A DNA stretch of 64,000 bases, taken from Eledone cirrhosa (lineage: Eukaryota). The stretch's first letter is position 1. Each line of letters begins with the position of its first letter. The stretch covers positions 8,246,001-8,310,000 of the forward strand of contig OZ024742.1 of assembly GCA_964016885.1 (NCBI GenBank). The letters are read 5' to 3'. Positions 12,053 to 24,224 of the stretch are shown piece after piece. The translations under genes were made by a program, and so were the position numbers. The notes beneath the pieces were generated by a model. That model had not been told where the DNA came from and ran no database searches. It worked only from the letters and a program-made list of their open reading frames with translations.

Positions 12053-12184
12053 TCATTTTACGCTCGTTTCTAGGATATATATGTGTGTGTTGGTATGTAT
12101 ATCATATAGATCTATGTAAACATTTTACAAACTATCAGAGGAAATATACATACCTACACATATATATGCTGTCTTCAGAAATAA
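12053..12184 (-). ncRNA. Type I hammerhead ribozyme with extended helix II (family B)
   Basis: ttattt-CTGAAGA-[~100 nt hairpin: atatatatgtgt..ggtatgtatat...atatacatacc..acacatatatat]-GAAA-cgagcg-TA-aaatga. Confidence 0.75.
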
Positions 12185-12469
12185 TTGTTTCTACGTTAGG
12201 CACAAGGCCAGCAATTACCCAGTGCATTACTGGTACTTTATTTTATCGACCCCGTAAGGATGAAAGGTAAAGTCAACCTAGGCGGGATTTGAACTCAGAT
12301 CGTAAAGGGACGTAACTATGCTGGAAAGCATGGCGTCCGACCCTCTACCGATACTGCCAATCCAGAAATAATTGTTTCTACGTTAGGCACAAGGCCAGCA
12401 ATTACCCAGTGTATTACTGGTACTTTATTTTATCGACCCCGCAAGGATGAAAGGCAAAGTTAACCTCGA
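12183..12469 (-). mobile_element. Tandem SINE copies (one near-full, one truncated) inserted in the PLE 3' region
   Basis: SINE body at 12183-12362 and 12369-12469; agaaataat at both outer boundaries and at the internal junction. Confidence 0.85.
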
Positions 12470-13216
12470 GAAATAATGATATTTGTTTATTGAAAAAAAA
12501 CAACAAGGATTTAATATAATAGGTCTGTTTGGGAACAGGTTTTGAATTGACCAATAGAAAAGTAGTAAGTGGTCAAGTTGATAGTATAGTAGTAGTAGAA
12601 ATTTAATTTAGGAGTAGAGGAATGCAGACTTCAGTTTTGAATGGAAAGAATACTTTGAATGAAAATAATACTTTGGGGATGGAAAGAGGTCAAACCGGTG
12701 AAAGGTACACGAACATTTGATGTTATTAAAGAATAATGCTAATGTTAAAATCGAAGGAGAATAACATTTTAGTGTAAATGTGTTAGTGAGAAATACCAAT
12801 CTTATTTAAAACACAAGGAATTTAGATCTATAACAAGAAATTAAATTAATTTAATTGATAGGAATACTTATAGGGATAACTTTATATTAATTAATATAGA
12901 TGTGATAAATAAGAGTTAGATGTTATTAAAGAATGTTGTTAAAAACGAAGGAAAAAAAATTTGGGATACATGTATTAGTGAGAAATAACAAACTTATATA
13001 GACTACAAGGAATTTAGATTCATAACAGGAAATTAAAAATGTATACTTATAGGTATTAATTTTAGGAGAAGAGAGCTGTAAAAGGGAAATAAAATTATGA
13101 GGTTCTCAGTACTAAAATACTAATTATAGGTTAACTAAATTAAAAAAACTAATTATTATAATTTGTAAAATATAAGTGTAAGGTGTATATTAATTAGGAT
13201 TATAATATTTAAAAGT

Positions 13217-13595
13217 TCATCTAATTCTATGATTGCACGATATAATTAATTCTTGTCGCTTATTTAATAGGATATCCTTAGATTTCAATATTTCAAAAAG
13301 TTCCTGGGAACATAATCTACACTCATATCTGTTATTTTGATAAGGGGTGGCCCTTTTGAGCACACTCCAGGTCAGGTTATAATCGATATTCTTTTTTCTA
13401 TAATTATTAATTATTTCAGCCAAGTATGTTGTATTAGCTAATGCCGCATTTTTAAAACTATGTTTGTGGGTATTAAATCTTACTTTAAATTGGTTAGAAG
13501 TAGCTCCTATATATGAATAAGTTGAGTCCTTAGTGCTAATTTTACATTTATATACTATGTTATTAATAAGACAATTTCTTTTTAATGGGCAATTT
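13217..13595 (-). pseudogene. PLE GIY-YIG endonuclease fragment
   Basis: CPLKRNCLINNIVYKCKISTKDSTYSYIGATSNQFKVRFNTHKHSFK...WSVLKRATPY...CRLCSQE...LLNKRQELIISCNHR. IVY/YIG motifs and the conserved R, E and N residues are present. Confidence 0.85.
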
Positions 13596-13856
13596 CCTTA
13601 TTCTTTAATAACATCAAATTTTCGTGTACCTTTCACCGGTTTGACCGCTTTCATCCCCAAAGTAATCTTTTCATTCAAAGTATTCTTTCCATTCAAAACT
13701 GAAGTCTGCATTCCTCTACCCCTAAATTAAATTTCTACTACAACTATTCTATCAACTTGACCACTTACTACTTTTCTATTGGTCAATTCAAAACATGTTC
13801 CCAAACAGACCTATTATATTAAATCCTAGTTGTTTTTTTTCAATAAACAAATATCG

Positions 13857-13980
13857 TTATTTCTGAAGACAGCATATATATGTGAAGGTATGTATATTTC
13901 CTCGGATAGTTTGTAAAATTTTTACATAGATCTATATGATATACATACCAACACACACATATATAACGATCGTAAAATGA
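13857..13980 (+). ncRNA. Inactivated family-B hammerhead (GAAA deleted)
   Basis: ttattt-CTGAAGA-long hairpin-[tcctagaa missing]-acgatcg-TA-aaatga. Confidence 0.6.
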
Positions 13981-14092
13981 TGAATTGTTTAATACAAGGA
14001 ACTGTTTCTTTGTTTTTATTCATTATTTTTATTAATTTATATATAAATATATATATATATGTACATATATATATATACATATATATATATAC

Positions 14093-14182
<90 letters not shown>

Positions 14183-14200
14183 TTTATTAATTTATATATA

Positions 14201-14232
<32 letters not shown>

Positions 14233-14247
14233 CATATATATATATAC

Positions 14248-14358
<111 letters not shown>

Positions 14359-14556
14359 TATATATATACTTGGGGCGGGTCATATTATTGTAATGATATT
14401 ACCAGAATTAATAACAGAACGCACTCACTGTTTGGTTGGTTTTCGCTTCTGTATCTTTCATATTAGTTAATTTATTCGGTCCTCAATATTTACCATTGAC
14501 TGACCAACGGTAAAAAATACAGATATAATATAGACAAAAACACATATATATAGTCT

Positions 14557-14598
14557 AACAAAGTTCTTTCGTTGCACATCTGCAACATCGTCAGTGGT
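14557..14598 (-). ncRNA. Minimal hammerhead motif in PLE family C pLTR
   Basis: acca-CTGACGA-t-gttgca(gatg)tgcaac-GAAA-gaac-TT-tgtt. Confidence 0.65.
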
Positions 14599-14835
14599 GC
14601 TATTATGTTCCTCCTGTTGTATTGTATATCTACGCGATCTTTATTTAATATATTTTTTTATTTAATTTATTTTTTTTCGTCTTTTCTGCGCATGCGTTTG
14701 CGTGTGTGTATAGTGTTTGGTGTGTGTTTGCGTTTGGGTGACTGTGTTTTAATTATTATATTCTATTTTAGTTTACTAGTGTGTGTTTGTGTGTGTTTGT
14801 TGATATTGTGCTTGTGTATGTATTTATTTATTTAT

Positions 14836-15390
14836 TTATAATTCTCTTAGGACAGTATTGTTTGTTTGGGTGTTTTTGTTATTCCATTCATTATTTCTGT
14901 TTAGCTTTGGCCTTTTAAGTTCTATTTCACTTGCCTCTCTGATTTGCCTCTCTGCTGGCTCATTTCTATGTTTAGATATTATTTTAATTTCTATGTTGTC
15001 TATGTTACCGTCATGTTGTTGCCTGGCGTGTTCGTATAGTACTGAACCGTTTTTTCGTCCTTTTAGTTCCCCCCAGTATTGGTCTATCCTTTCACCTATG
15101 CTACGCGCTGTCTCGCCTATGTATGTTGTTGTCAGGTTTCTGCAAGTCCCCACTGTACATCTTATGCTATAGACTACGTTTCTAGTTTTACAGTTTATCC
15201 GGGGGTTTACTTTACATATAATACATTTCCTATTAGTAAAGTGGGTTTTCTTAAAAGAGTATGTTTTGCTGATAAGGGATTTTATGGTAGTTCCTAGCTT
15301 TTCTACCACCTTAATCTTTAAGTGGGTCTTTCTCAGAGCCTTTCTACACTGGTTAGCTAATATCCCTCCAGGGGTAGCGTCCACGAACAT
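14836..15390 (-). pseudogene. Inverted copy of the PLE C-terminus (zinc-finger linker plus GIY-YIG)
   Basis: CIICKVNPRINCKTRNVVYSIRC...YIGETARSIGER...RQIREASEI..PKLNR. Confidence 0.88.
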
Positions 15391-15455
15391 GATACTCTGG
15401 TATCTCTGGTTGTCTTACCATGAGGTGGCTTTCCCTATCTTATGTTTAGTATCTT

Positions 15456-16809
15456 ATGTTAATCAAGAGTTCCGTGTCTAATACAGGTAGTCTACTATTC
15501 AAATTCAACGAGATCTACAACAAAAATGAGGGAACAGCCATTGGCGTCAGCATAACTGGTGACGTTGCCAACCTTTCTATGGTATGGTGGGAAAGGAGAC
15601 TCAAAGATCTCCTTGATGAGAGCTCCATAGACCTCATCATGTACTCTCGTTACGTAGACGACATTGATATAGTAATAAGGACATCCTCACAAGAGAGTAC
15701 AAACAAGTATTATTTAGAATGTAGCACAATGGAAAGCATCCAGCAGATAGCTAATTCCATACACCAGAGTATAACTGTAACTACCGACTACCCTTCCAAA
15801 CACCCTAATAGTAGACTACGTGTATTAAACACGGAACTCTGGATTAACACTATAGACGAGAGGGCCCACATTCTCCACTCACACTACGCTAAACTCATGG
15901 TCTCCAAATACCTGATACTCAAAACCTCAGCAATGTCCAGTAGTGCTAAGTTTAATATTCTGATCGTAGACTTGGTACGAGTGATGAAGAACGTGTCCCT
16001 CGTGTGCGACCCAACAGAAACGGAAAGACACATCCGACACTTCATCAACCGCATGCAGTTCTCTGGTTACAACCAAAGAGACAGAATCAGAGTATACGAA
16101 GGAGCCTCGGAGAAGTATAAGACCCTCATAGAATTGGACATGAAAGGAATTTGCCCATTATACAGGAGCCAATCATGGAATAGCTTAGATAGGATTAAGC
16201 CTACGATAGGGAAAGCCACATCATGGTACGACAACCAGAGATATCAGAGTGTCATGTTTGTGGACACTACGCCTGGAGGGAAATTAGTTAACCAGTGTAG
16301 AAAGGCCCTGAGAAAGACCCATTTAAAGATTAAGGCGGTAGAAAAGCCAGGAACTACCATAAAATCCCTTATCAGCAAAACCTACCCTTTTAAGAAAACC
16401 CACTTTACTAATAGGAAATGTATTATATGTAAAGTAAACCCCCGAATAAACTGTAAAACTAGAAACGTAGTCTATAGCATAAGATGTACAGAGGGTACTT
16501 GCAGAAACACAACAACAACATACATAGGCGAGACAGCGCGTAGCATAGGTAAAAGGATAGACCAACACTGGGGGGGGGGGACTAAAAGGACGAAAAAACG
16601 GTTCAGTACTATACGAACACGCCAGACAACAACATGACGGTAACATAGACAACATAGAAATTAAAATGATATTTAAACATAGAAATGACCCAGCAGATAG
16701 GCAAATCAGAGAGGCCAGCGAAATTGAACTTAAAAGGCCAAAGCTAAACAGAAATAATGAATGGAATAACAACACCCAAACAAACAATACTGACCTAAGA
16801 GAAATATAA
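15456..16809 (+). pseudogene. PLE reverse transcriptase plus GIY-YIG endonuclease, 5'-truncated and frameshifted in the G-run near 16570
   Basis: RT motifs EGTAIGVSITGDVANL and YSRYVDDID; EN motifs NVVYSIRC and YIGETARSIGKR. The endonuclease continues in another frame to TAA at about 16809. Confidence 0.92.
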
Positions 16810-17046
16810 ATAAATAAATAAATATATACACAAGCACAACAACAACAAATCCATATAAACACACACTAGTAAACTAAGATAGAATACAATAATCAAAACA
16901 GTCACCCAAACGCCAACACACACCAAACACTATACACACACGCAAACGCATGCGCAGAGAAGAAGACAAAAATAAATAAATAAATATATAAACAGATTAA
17001 ATAAAGATGGCGTAGATATACAATACAAGAGGAGGAACATAATAGC

Positions 17047-17088
17047 ACCACTGACGATGTTGCAGATGTGCAACGAAAGAACTTTGTT
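17047..17088 (+). ncRNA. Minimal hammerhead motif in PLE family C pLTR
   Basis: acca-CTGACGA-t-gttgca(gatg)tgcaac-GAAA-gaac-TT-tgtt; weak helix I. Confidence 0.65.
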
Positions 17089-17401
17089 AGACTATATATA
17101 TATATATGTGTTTGTGTCTATATTATATCTTTAATTTTGACCGTTGGTCAGTCAATGGTAAACATTGAGGACCGTATAAATTAACTGGTATAAATGATGC
17201 AGAAGCGAAAACCACCCAACCAGTGAGTGTGTTCTGTTATTAATTCTGGCAATATTATTACATCAATATGACCCTCCCCAAGTATTACAATATTTTTTTA
17301 GACACACTATTTCATATCAAAAACCTCGCAAAACAAATATATATATACATATATATATTAATTCAAAATATTAACAAAATAGATATTCTTGTGATCAAGT
17401 A

Positions 17402-17468
17402 TATTTTATTATACATATTTCATAGGTACTGAGTTAAGTTCAACAGTACGTCCTCATCAGATAAAATA
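17402..17468 (-). ncRNA. Type I hammerhead ribozyme (family A, copy 2; element about 17360-17690)
   Basis: tattttat-CTGATGA-ggacgtactg..cagtacctat-GAAA-tatgta-TA-ataaaata. Confidence 0.8.
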
Positions 17469-17696
17469 AGATGATGCATGACATACCCTGACATAGTAGA
17501 TGGTTCAGATTCAGTCAAGGTAGTGATTAACATATGACAAAACTCAATATTTATACCCTAATTTTGAGAACATGAGAAAAATATATAATACAAACAATAG
17601 AGAGGGTGCGTGTAATACAGCTTTAAAAATACATGGCATCAATCTAACAGTTAAATGATGTATTCATTGAACCTTGTTTAACTTTTAAATATATAC

Positions 17697-17730
<34 letters not shown>

Positions 17731-17758
17731 GTAATAATAATAAAATTGAAGACTAAAA

Positions 17759-17940
17759 TCCAAAGAGGGCTCGATAAGGAAAATATATATCAAATATATA
17801 AGAACCGTAGAGCAAATATTTATTAAAATAACAGATTATAGTTTAAATATAAATATAAATATTTGCTCTACGGTTCTTATATATTTGATATATATTTTCC
17901 TTATCGAGCCCTCTTTGGTAAACTATAATCTGTTATTTTA

Positions 17941-17947
<7 letters not shown>
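17759..17947. repeat. Interleaved inverted repeats (A-B-A'-B') between (TA)n tracts
   Basis: caaagagggctcgataagg...gcaaatattt is mirrored at 17857-17918; tattaaaataacagattatagttt is mirrored at 17920-17945. Confidence 0.85.
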
Positions 17948-18003
<56 letters not shown>

Positions 18004-18326
18004 TAAATGAGAGGTATAGAGATTGTTTTAGCAAGAAGCTAACGGCATTCTATAACATATATGCGACTATAACGTCAAGATGGGAAAAGTAGTTAACGAA
18101 AGATATATATATATATAGATAACGAAGGGAGTGTGGTAAGGAACCAGGTGGACAATAACGCACCAGAGTGCTCGATACTTTGGATAGTAGAGTGGGTAAT
18201 AGGAAAATGTTCAAGACCCCGACGGCTGAGCTCAAGCCGTTTCGATAGCTATTTCTGGACATATATATATGAATATATACATGAATATATATATATAGTT
18301 ATGTAATAAACAACATAAGGTAATTA

Positions 18327-18387
18327 TTTCATTTACTAGTGGTTTCTTGAAAGAAAACAAATTTTGCTTTCAATCATCAGAATGAAA
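18327..18387 (-). ncRNA. Type I hammerhead ribozyme
   Basis: tttcatt-CTGATGA-ttgaaag(caaaatttgtttt)ctttcaa-GAAA-c(cacta)g-TA-aatgaaa. Helices I and II are each 7 bp; GUA site. Confidence 0.88.
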
Positions 18388-18415
18388 AAAATCTATGTAT
18401 ATATATATGTATAAG

Positions 18416-18470
<55 letters not shown>

Positions 18471-18871
18471 TTATGTTCTTACGATTGGTTATTGATTTAG
18501 TGAAGTTCAAGTGACTGATGAAAATTATGGAATACAATTGGTCAAAAATGTGTTAACTGAAGAACGATATACAACTTATGATGTGGATGACAATAAGTGA
18601 GGAACATATGCAAAATATTCTGGACAGCTTCGTTACTGAAGAATGGAAGATAATATCAATAAAACAAACATAAAGTGTGTATTTAATGACAATAGACTTA
18701 ATTGAAACATTGAGGAAATAATTATTGAAGCCACAAAAATCTATTTTTATTTAGAGAAATTGACGTTTCCACACTACTACTGAGGTTGGCGTGACATGGT
18801 GACAACTATATATAGGTAGATAATCACACTGACACTTACCTGTGTTAACTATGTATAACATATTGTATATG

Positions 18872-18919
<48 letters not shown>

Positions 18920-19673
18920 CAAATATATGTATACATATATGTATACCTATATATATATATATATATATATAGGTATATATATATATATATAAATAGGTAT
19001 ACATATAAATATACATATCTATATATATTTATATATATATGTTTGTGTGTGTGTAATCACGTGGTGTTGTCCTAATGCTAATTAGCAATTATTCTTTTTA
19101 ATTGAAATACAAAGGGAGATTAATGAGAGCGAACAAGATATGGAGATGCTGAAAACAATATTCCGAATAAAATATCTGCAGATAAATATAAAAAAAGATT
19201 AGTAAGTTTGTACTAATATTTCTACCCCGTATATAGTTATATTGGTATAACGTAGAAACTGCTGATGTAGGATTTCTGGTTTTAAAAGATAAAACTTTGA
19301 GGAGACTACCAGGTATCAGCTGGTAGCAGGATATAACTAGGGATTAACGATATAAATATTGTAATTGCGAGGTGAGAATTGATTTGGGTATCTAGTACAT
19401 AGAGCAGTATTAGTCATATTGGCTTCCAAATGAAGTATAAGTCAGAGCTATATATGGGAATTGTTCTATCCAGTCTACTAAATTCGCTGTAAATGATGGC
19501 TTTCTAGACAGTTTCTACAAGGACACTTACACGGAGTACACAGTCACGGATGAAATCTTACCGCAGTAGTTGAACTATTCCATATGTGTTTCTCTCTCCC
19601 TCTCTGTGTTTGTGAGTGCGAGTGTGCGTAATATATATGTATGTATGTAAATTCACACAAACACAGACATATA

Positions 19674-20469
19674 TCTATATATATAAAACTGTGGTTGTCT
19701 GTCTATCGATTTTTGGCACACATCTCCTCTTAGAATCTCTCACGGAATTGCACCGAAATTGCTATACTTGTACATTGAGCCCTAGCGAAGACATCGGAAA
19801 AAAAAATTTCAAATTGACCCACCCTATGTGACGAAATCGAATATAATGTATCGATTTTTGAGCGTTAAGTGATCAGTTATTTCCCTTTGTTCTGTTTACA
19901 TTGAGCGTCTTACGTAAAAAATTACGCTGGCTTTAACAGTTGTCGAGCCAGCAAAATATTGACCTGCAAAATGCATCAGTTCGAACACTAAGCTTCCGTT
20001 TTGCTTCATTTCCATTTAAAAGCATTTTAAAACAATATTTTTACTTGAAAACAAGTCTATTTAAAGACTACGTAAAACAAGCAAATATTTCGTCGTTAGG
20101 CGTGCAGACAGACAGTCGTGCAGACAGACAGTCGTGCAGAGAGGTGATATAGGCGTGCAGACAGACATAATTGATAATTTGGTTACGCTAATGTTTTTCT
20201 CTGCGTTGCAGTGTTTACATTTTCGATCTTTGTTAATAAATAACCAGTGCAGTTTCTATCCCCAGCATCCTCTTTTGTTATAACAATCGGTTATCGTTGT
20301 TTTCTTAACTTCATAAGGCATATTGTTGGTTGAGGGAATATTAATCAAAAACACCACATGCAAGTCTGCACAGTAGACACTACAGTTTTTAAGCCAAGAA
20401 AGAAACTTAACATTGTAACTTTAACACAGCTACTGAGCGACCCCGAGCAACGCCGGGCTTTACTGCTAG
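19674..20469 (+). mobile_element. Non-autonomous Helitron-like element
   Basis: Starts A|TCTATATATATAAAA, has the subterminal hairpin cccgagcaacgccggg and ends CTAG|T. No target-site duplication. Confidence 0.8.
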
Positions 20470-20478
20470 TATATAATA

Positions 20479-20872
20479 TAATTGTTTCTACTTTTGGTAC
20501 AACGCCAGTAATTATCTCAGTGTATAATTAGTACTTTATTTTATCGACCCCGTAAGGATGAAAGGCAAAGTTAACCTCGGCGGGATTTGAACTCAGACTA
20601 TAAACGGCCGTAACTCTTTGCTACAAAGCATGGCGTCCGACCCTCTACCGATACTGCCAATCCATCACATATACATACTGCCAATTCACACACACATATA
20701 ATTGTTTCTACTTTTGGCACAAGTCCAGTAATTACCCGAGTGCATTACTGGTACTTTATTTTATCGACCCCGTAAGGGGTTAACCTCGGCGGGATTTGAA
20801 CTCAGAATGGCAAGGGTCGTAACTCTATGCGTCAAAGAATGGCGTCCGACCCTCTACCGATACTGCTAATCC
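20479..20872 (-). mobile_element. Two tRNA-derived SINE copies (20479-20667 and 20699-20872)
   Basis: Same family as 6341-6528. Confidence 0.85.
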
Positions 20873-21016
20873 AATATAACATGAATATGACAACTTCACA
20901 GTTAAAGGACTAACATTCATTATATAATATATATATATATATATGTGCAAACTGTAAACGAAACCTTAGAATGAAGAAATATATTACTTTAACGCTTTCT
21001 ATAGATAGAAAAGAGC

Positions 21017-21050
21017 CTTAACGTTTCGGGCCCTAATCCTTTATCAGAAG
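21017..21050 (-). ncRNA. Degenerate minimal hammerhead (core G8 to A)
   Basis: ctt-CTGATAA-aggattagggccc-GAAA-cg-TT-aag; probably inactive. Confidence 0.45.
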
Positions 21051-21229
21051 AAAGGATGAGAAATAAATGATGAAGTATAAAGAGAGTGTGAAATGAGGAA
21101 AGAACGGAAATAAGATTTTAAGAGAAAGAACTTGTGTTTGTAATCAACCATCTTGGAGGAAAATATATATTTGATGGGTGAAAGGGTATTGGCATCTGTT
21201 ATATTGAACTATAAACATATATATATTCA

Positions 21230-21329
<100 letters not shown>

Positions 21330-21629
21330 TATATGTATGTATATATATATACACACACATATATATATCACTTTAACAGTGGTGGCATAGTTCTGTATAC
21401 AGACAGACCAACATGTAGCTGTTATTACAAGTGTTAGGTACACTTTAGACCTATTTATTCAATGATCTTATTATGGCAGACTTTCTAGAAATTTCCATTT
21501 CACAAATGAAAACTAAATCTGTGTATACCTATCATGTACCCGGCGAGAGAAGGGCCAGCTTCAGCTGTATTTCATTTTTAAAGGATTTAATCTGAATGTA
21601 ATTATATGTTTTGGAGAGGATAAATGTCT

Positions 21630-22082
21630 GTATGTCTATGTGTGTGTGTGTGTGTTTGTGTGTGCGTGTGTGTATGTGTGTGTGTGTGCGTGTGTGTATG
21701 TGTGTGTATGTGTGCGTGTGTGTATGTGTGTGTGTGTGTGTGTGTGTATGTGGGTGTCTGTGTGAATGTGTGTGTATGTGTGTGTGCGTGTGTGTGTGCG
21801 TGTATGTGTGCGTGTGTGTATGTGTATGTGTATGTATGTGTCCGTGTGTGTGTGTATGTGTGTGTCTGTGTACGTGTGTGTGTGTGTATGTGTGTATTTG
21901 TGTGTGTGTGTGTGTGCGTGTGTGTGTGTGCCTGTGTGTGTGTATGTGTGCGAGGGTGTGTGTATGTGTGTGTGTGTGTATGTGTGTATGTGTGTGTCTG
22001 CGTGTATGTGTGTGTGTGTGTGTATGTCTGTGTGCGTGTGTGCGTGTGTGTGTGTGCGTGTGTGGGTGTCTGTGTGCGTGTG
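21630..22082. repeat. Degenerate (TG)n microsatellite
   Basis: Direct inspection. Confidence 0.95.
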
Positions 22083-22289
22083 AGTTCTCTTGCATCAGCG
22101 AACTTTTCAATTAGTTTTACTCACTTTACGTACACAGGTGTGAATGTGTGCATATATATATGCTTACATCTATGTATGTATGTATGTGTGTGCACACATA
22201 TATATGCTTACATCTATCTATGTATGTTTGTGTGCACATATATATGCTTACATCTATATATGTATGTGTTTATATACGTCGTCGTTTAA

Positions 22290-23035
22290 TCGTTAGTGAA
22301 TTTGGATAGTGATGGTTACGTTGTGAGTTCAAGTCTAAGTGGAACCTCGCTATTTCACGTTGTTCCAGTCCACTCAAATGGAGAAAATAATTGTTTCTAC
22401 TTTTGGCATAAGGCCAGCATTTATCGCAGTGTATTACTGGTACTTTATTTTATCGACCCCGTAAGCATGAAAGCAAAGTTAACCTCGGCGGGATTTGAAC
22501 TCAGACCATAAAGGGCCGTAACTCTTTGCTGTAAATCATGGCGTCAGTCCCTCTACCGATACTGCAAATACAATGAATGAATATAATTCAAACGATCAGC
22601 CATGGAAGGAAGGAAGAAATGAAGAAGGAAAGGAAGAAGGAAGGAAAGAAGGAAAGAAAGAAGGAAAGGAAGAAGGAAGGAATGGAGGAAGGAAGGAAAG
22701 ATCGATCAACAAGATCTCAGAACTCATTCACTAACCGGGAGGGGTAGAACTCCACACCAAGTAATCAATATTTTCATTGGTCTTTCTAATAGTTGATAAT
22801 TGTTTCTACTATTGGTACAAGGCCAGCAATTGCCCAATACATTACTGGTACTTTATTTTATCGACCCCGTAAGGATGAAAGGCAAAGTCAACCTCGGCGT
22901 GATTTGAACTCAGAATGGCAATGGCCGTAACTCTCTCGTGGCAGAAAGAGTAACGTGAAATAAAGTGTCTTGCTCAAGGATATAACATATCGCCTTGTCC
23001 GAGAATAGAACCCACAACTCATGATTGCGACTCCA
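22290..23035. mobile_element. Cluster of SINE fragments: main family at 22388-22567 and 22797-22933 (minus); second CORE-like family at ~22290-22385 (plus) and ~22950-23035 (minus)
   Basis: Matches to both SINE families seen elsewhere in the window. Confidence 0.75.
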
Positions 23036-23068
<33 letters not shown>

Positions 23069-23412
23069 CCCCTTCTTCCTCCCGTTAGACCTGTGCGAAA
23101 TTCCTTCCTTGCTCACATTTCAACCAGGTTTGATGGTCTTTATTCTCTCGTTCACGATTCCACCGAATTTATATTCATAGAAATCTGGGACTTGTTTCTT
23201 CTTCATCACTTTCTGCTGCTTAAACCATTTTGTCTGTTTATCCTAGCGTCCCCTTTATTTACGTGTCCCAACGACTTTTTTTAGCCGTTCCTCGCACCAA
23301 CCTGAGGTATATGGCCTTTAATGCGACGAAATGCCTACGACGGTTGGAAGGCCACTGATGTGGACAAACTTTTTCATATGTAACCCATTTGCAGTGCCGC
23401 AGCTCCATTATT

Positions 23413-23477
<65 letters not shown>

Positions 23478-23574
23478 GTAGACAGCGAAAATAAAAATAT
23501 ACCAAAAAACGTGGAAGCGAAGAGGCGGTACAAATGTTATTGTTATTAGTTTCACGCTTGAGAGTGGGTTGGGG

Positions 23575-23630
<56 letters not shown>

Positions 23631-24224
23631 AGTGAGTATGCATGAGTGGTGGGACGTGTGAGTGTGTGTCGGGCTGGTGGGGTGAAGAGAGGAGTTGGTG
23701 TTCATAGTGGTGTTTAATTTCAACATTAATAATGTGACGGCAGTGTACCTAGCACACTTGTATAATAGGAACTGTAATGCTGATAACAGGCATGCCGGCA
23801 AAGGAAACGTATGTATATATTTATCCCCTCATCTTCTCTTGTACTTTCAAGCTATTGTTTGTCAATGTACAGTCAAGGTAGTCTATAGGTGGTCTAGGCT
23901 GTTTAGGTGGGTTGGGCTTTCTGCACTGTCTAGAAGGTCGGCTGTTTGGTTGTGGGGTCACACCAGACAGTCAGTCAGTCAGAATCACCAGGAAGTGGTA
24001 AACCGTATAGCGAACAATATAAAAATTCCTATAAATAACACTGATATGTTGATTAAGCTGTGAAACCATATCACTTCTGTGGCACCTTCATATTTATTCT
24101 ACATCCGTGTAGAGCTTGTAAGTCGTGGCTATCTGGTGAGTGTGTGTGTGTGTGGGGGGGGGGGGTATCTAATACTCCTTAAAATTAAGAAATAAAAACT
24201 TGAGAGAGACTGATACATAGAAAA

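Larger units (their letters stand above)
12000..14035 (-). mobile_element. 5'-truncated Penelope-like element with inverted pLTR (family B), interrupted by SINEs
   Basis: GIY-YIG frame at 13595-13217 (minus). Its 3' region 12735-12470 plus 12183-12010 is mirrored by 13598-14035 on the plus strand. Ends next to (TA)n. Confidence 0.85.
14367..17284 (+). mobile_element. Penelope-like element (family C): 5'-truncated RT-EN copy with a ~1.07-kb inverted 3' duplicate
   Basis: 14367-15448 is a diverged reverse complement of 16197-17284. RT and GIY-YIG coding; HHR-like motifs in both arms; the left end abuts (TA)n. Confidence 0.92.

Noticed and set aside
18495-19500. Coding-like or LINE-like remnants
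   Set aside because: Multiple stops and no diagnostic motif recognised.
23296-23347. ccaac-CTGAGGT...GAAA...gttgg hammerhead-like motif
   Set aside because: Core mismatch, and no helix II or valid cleavage triplet. It may be a decayed copy but cannot be supported.
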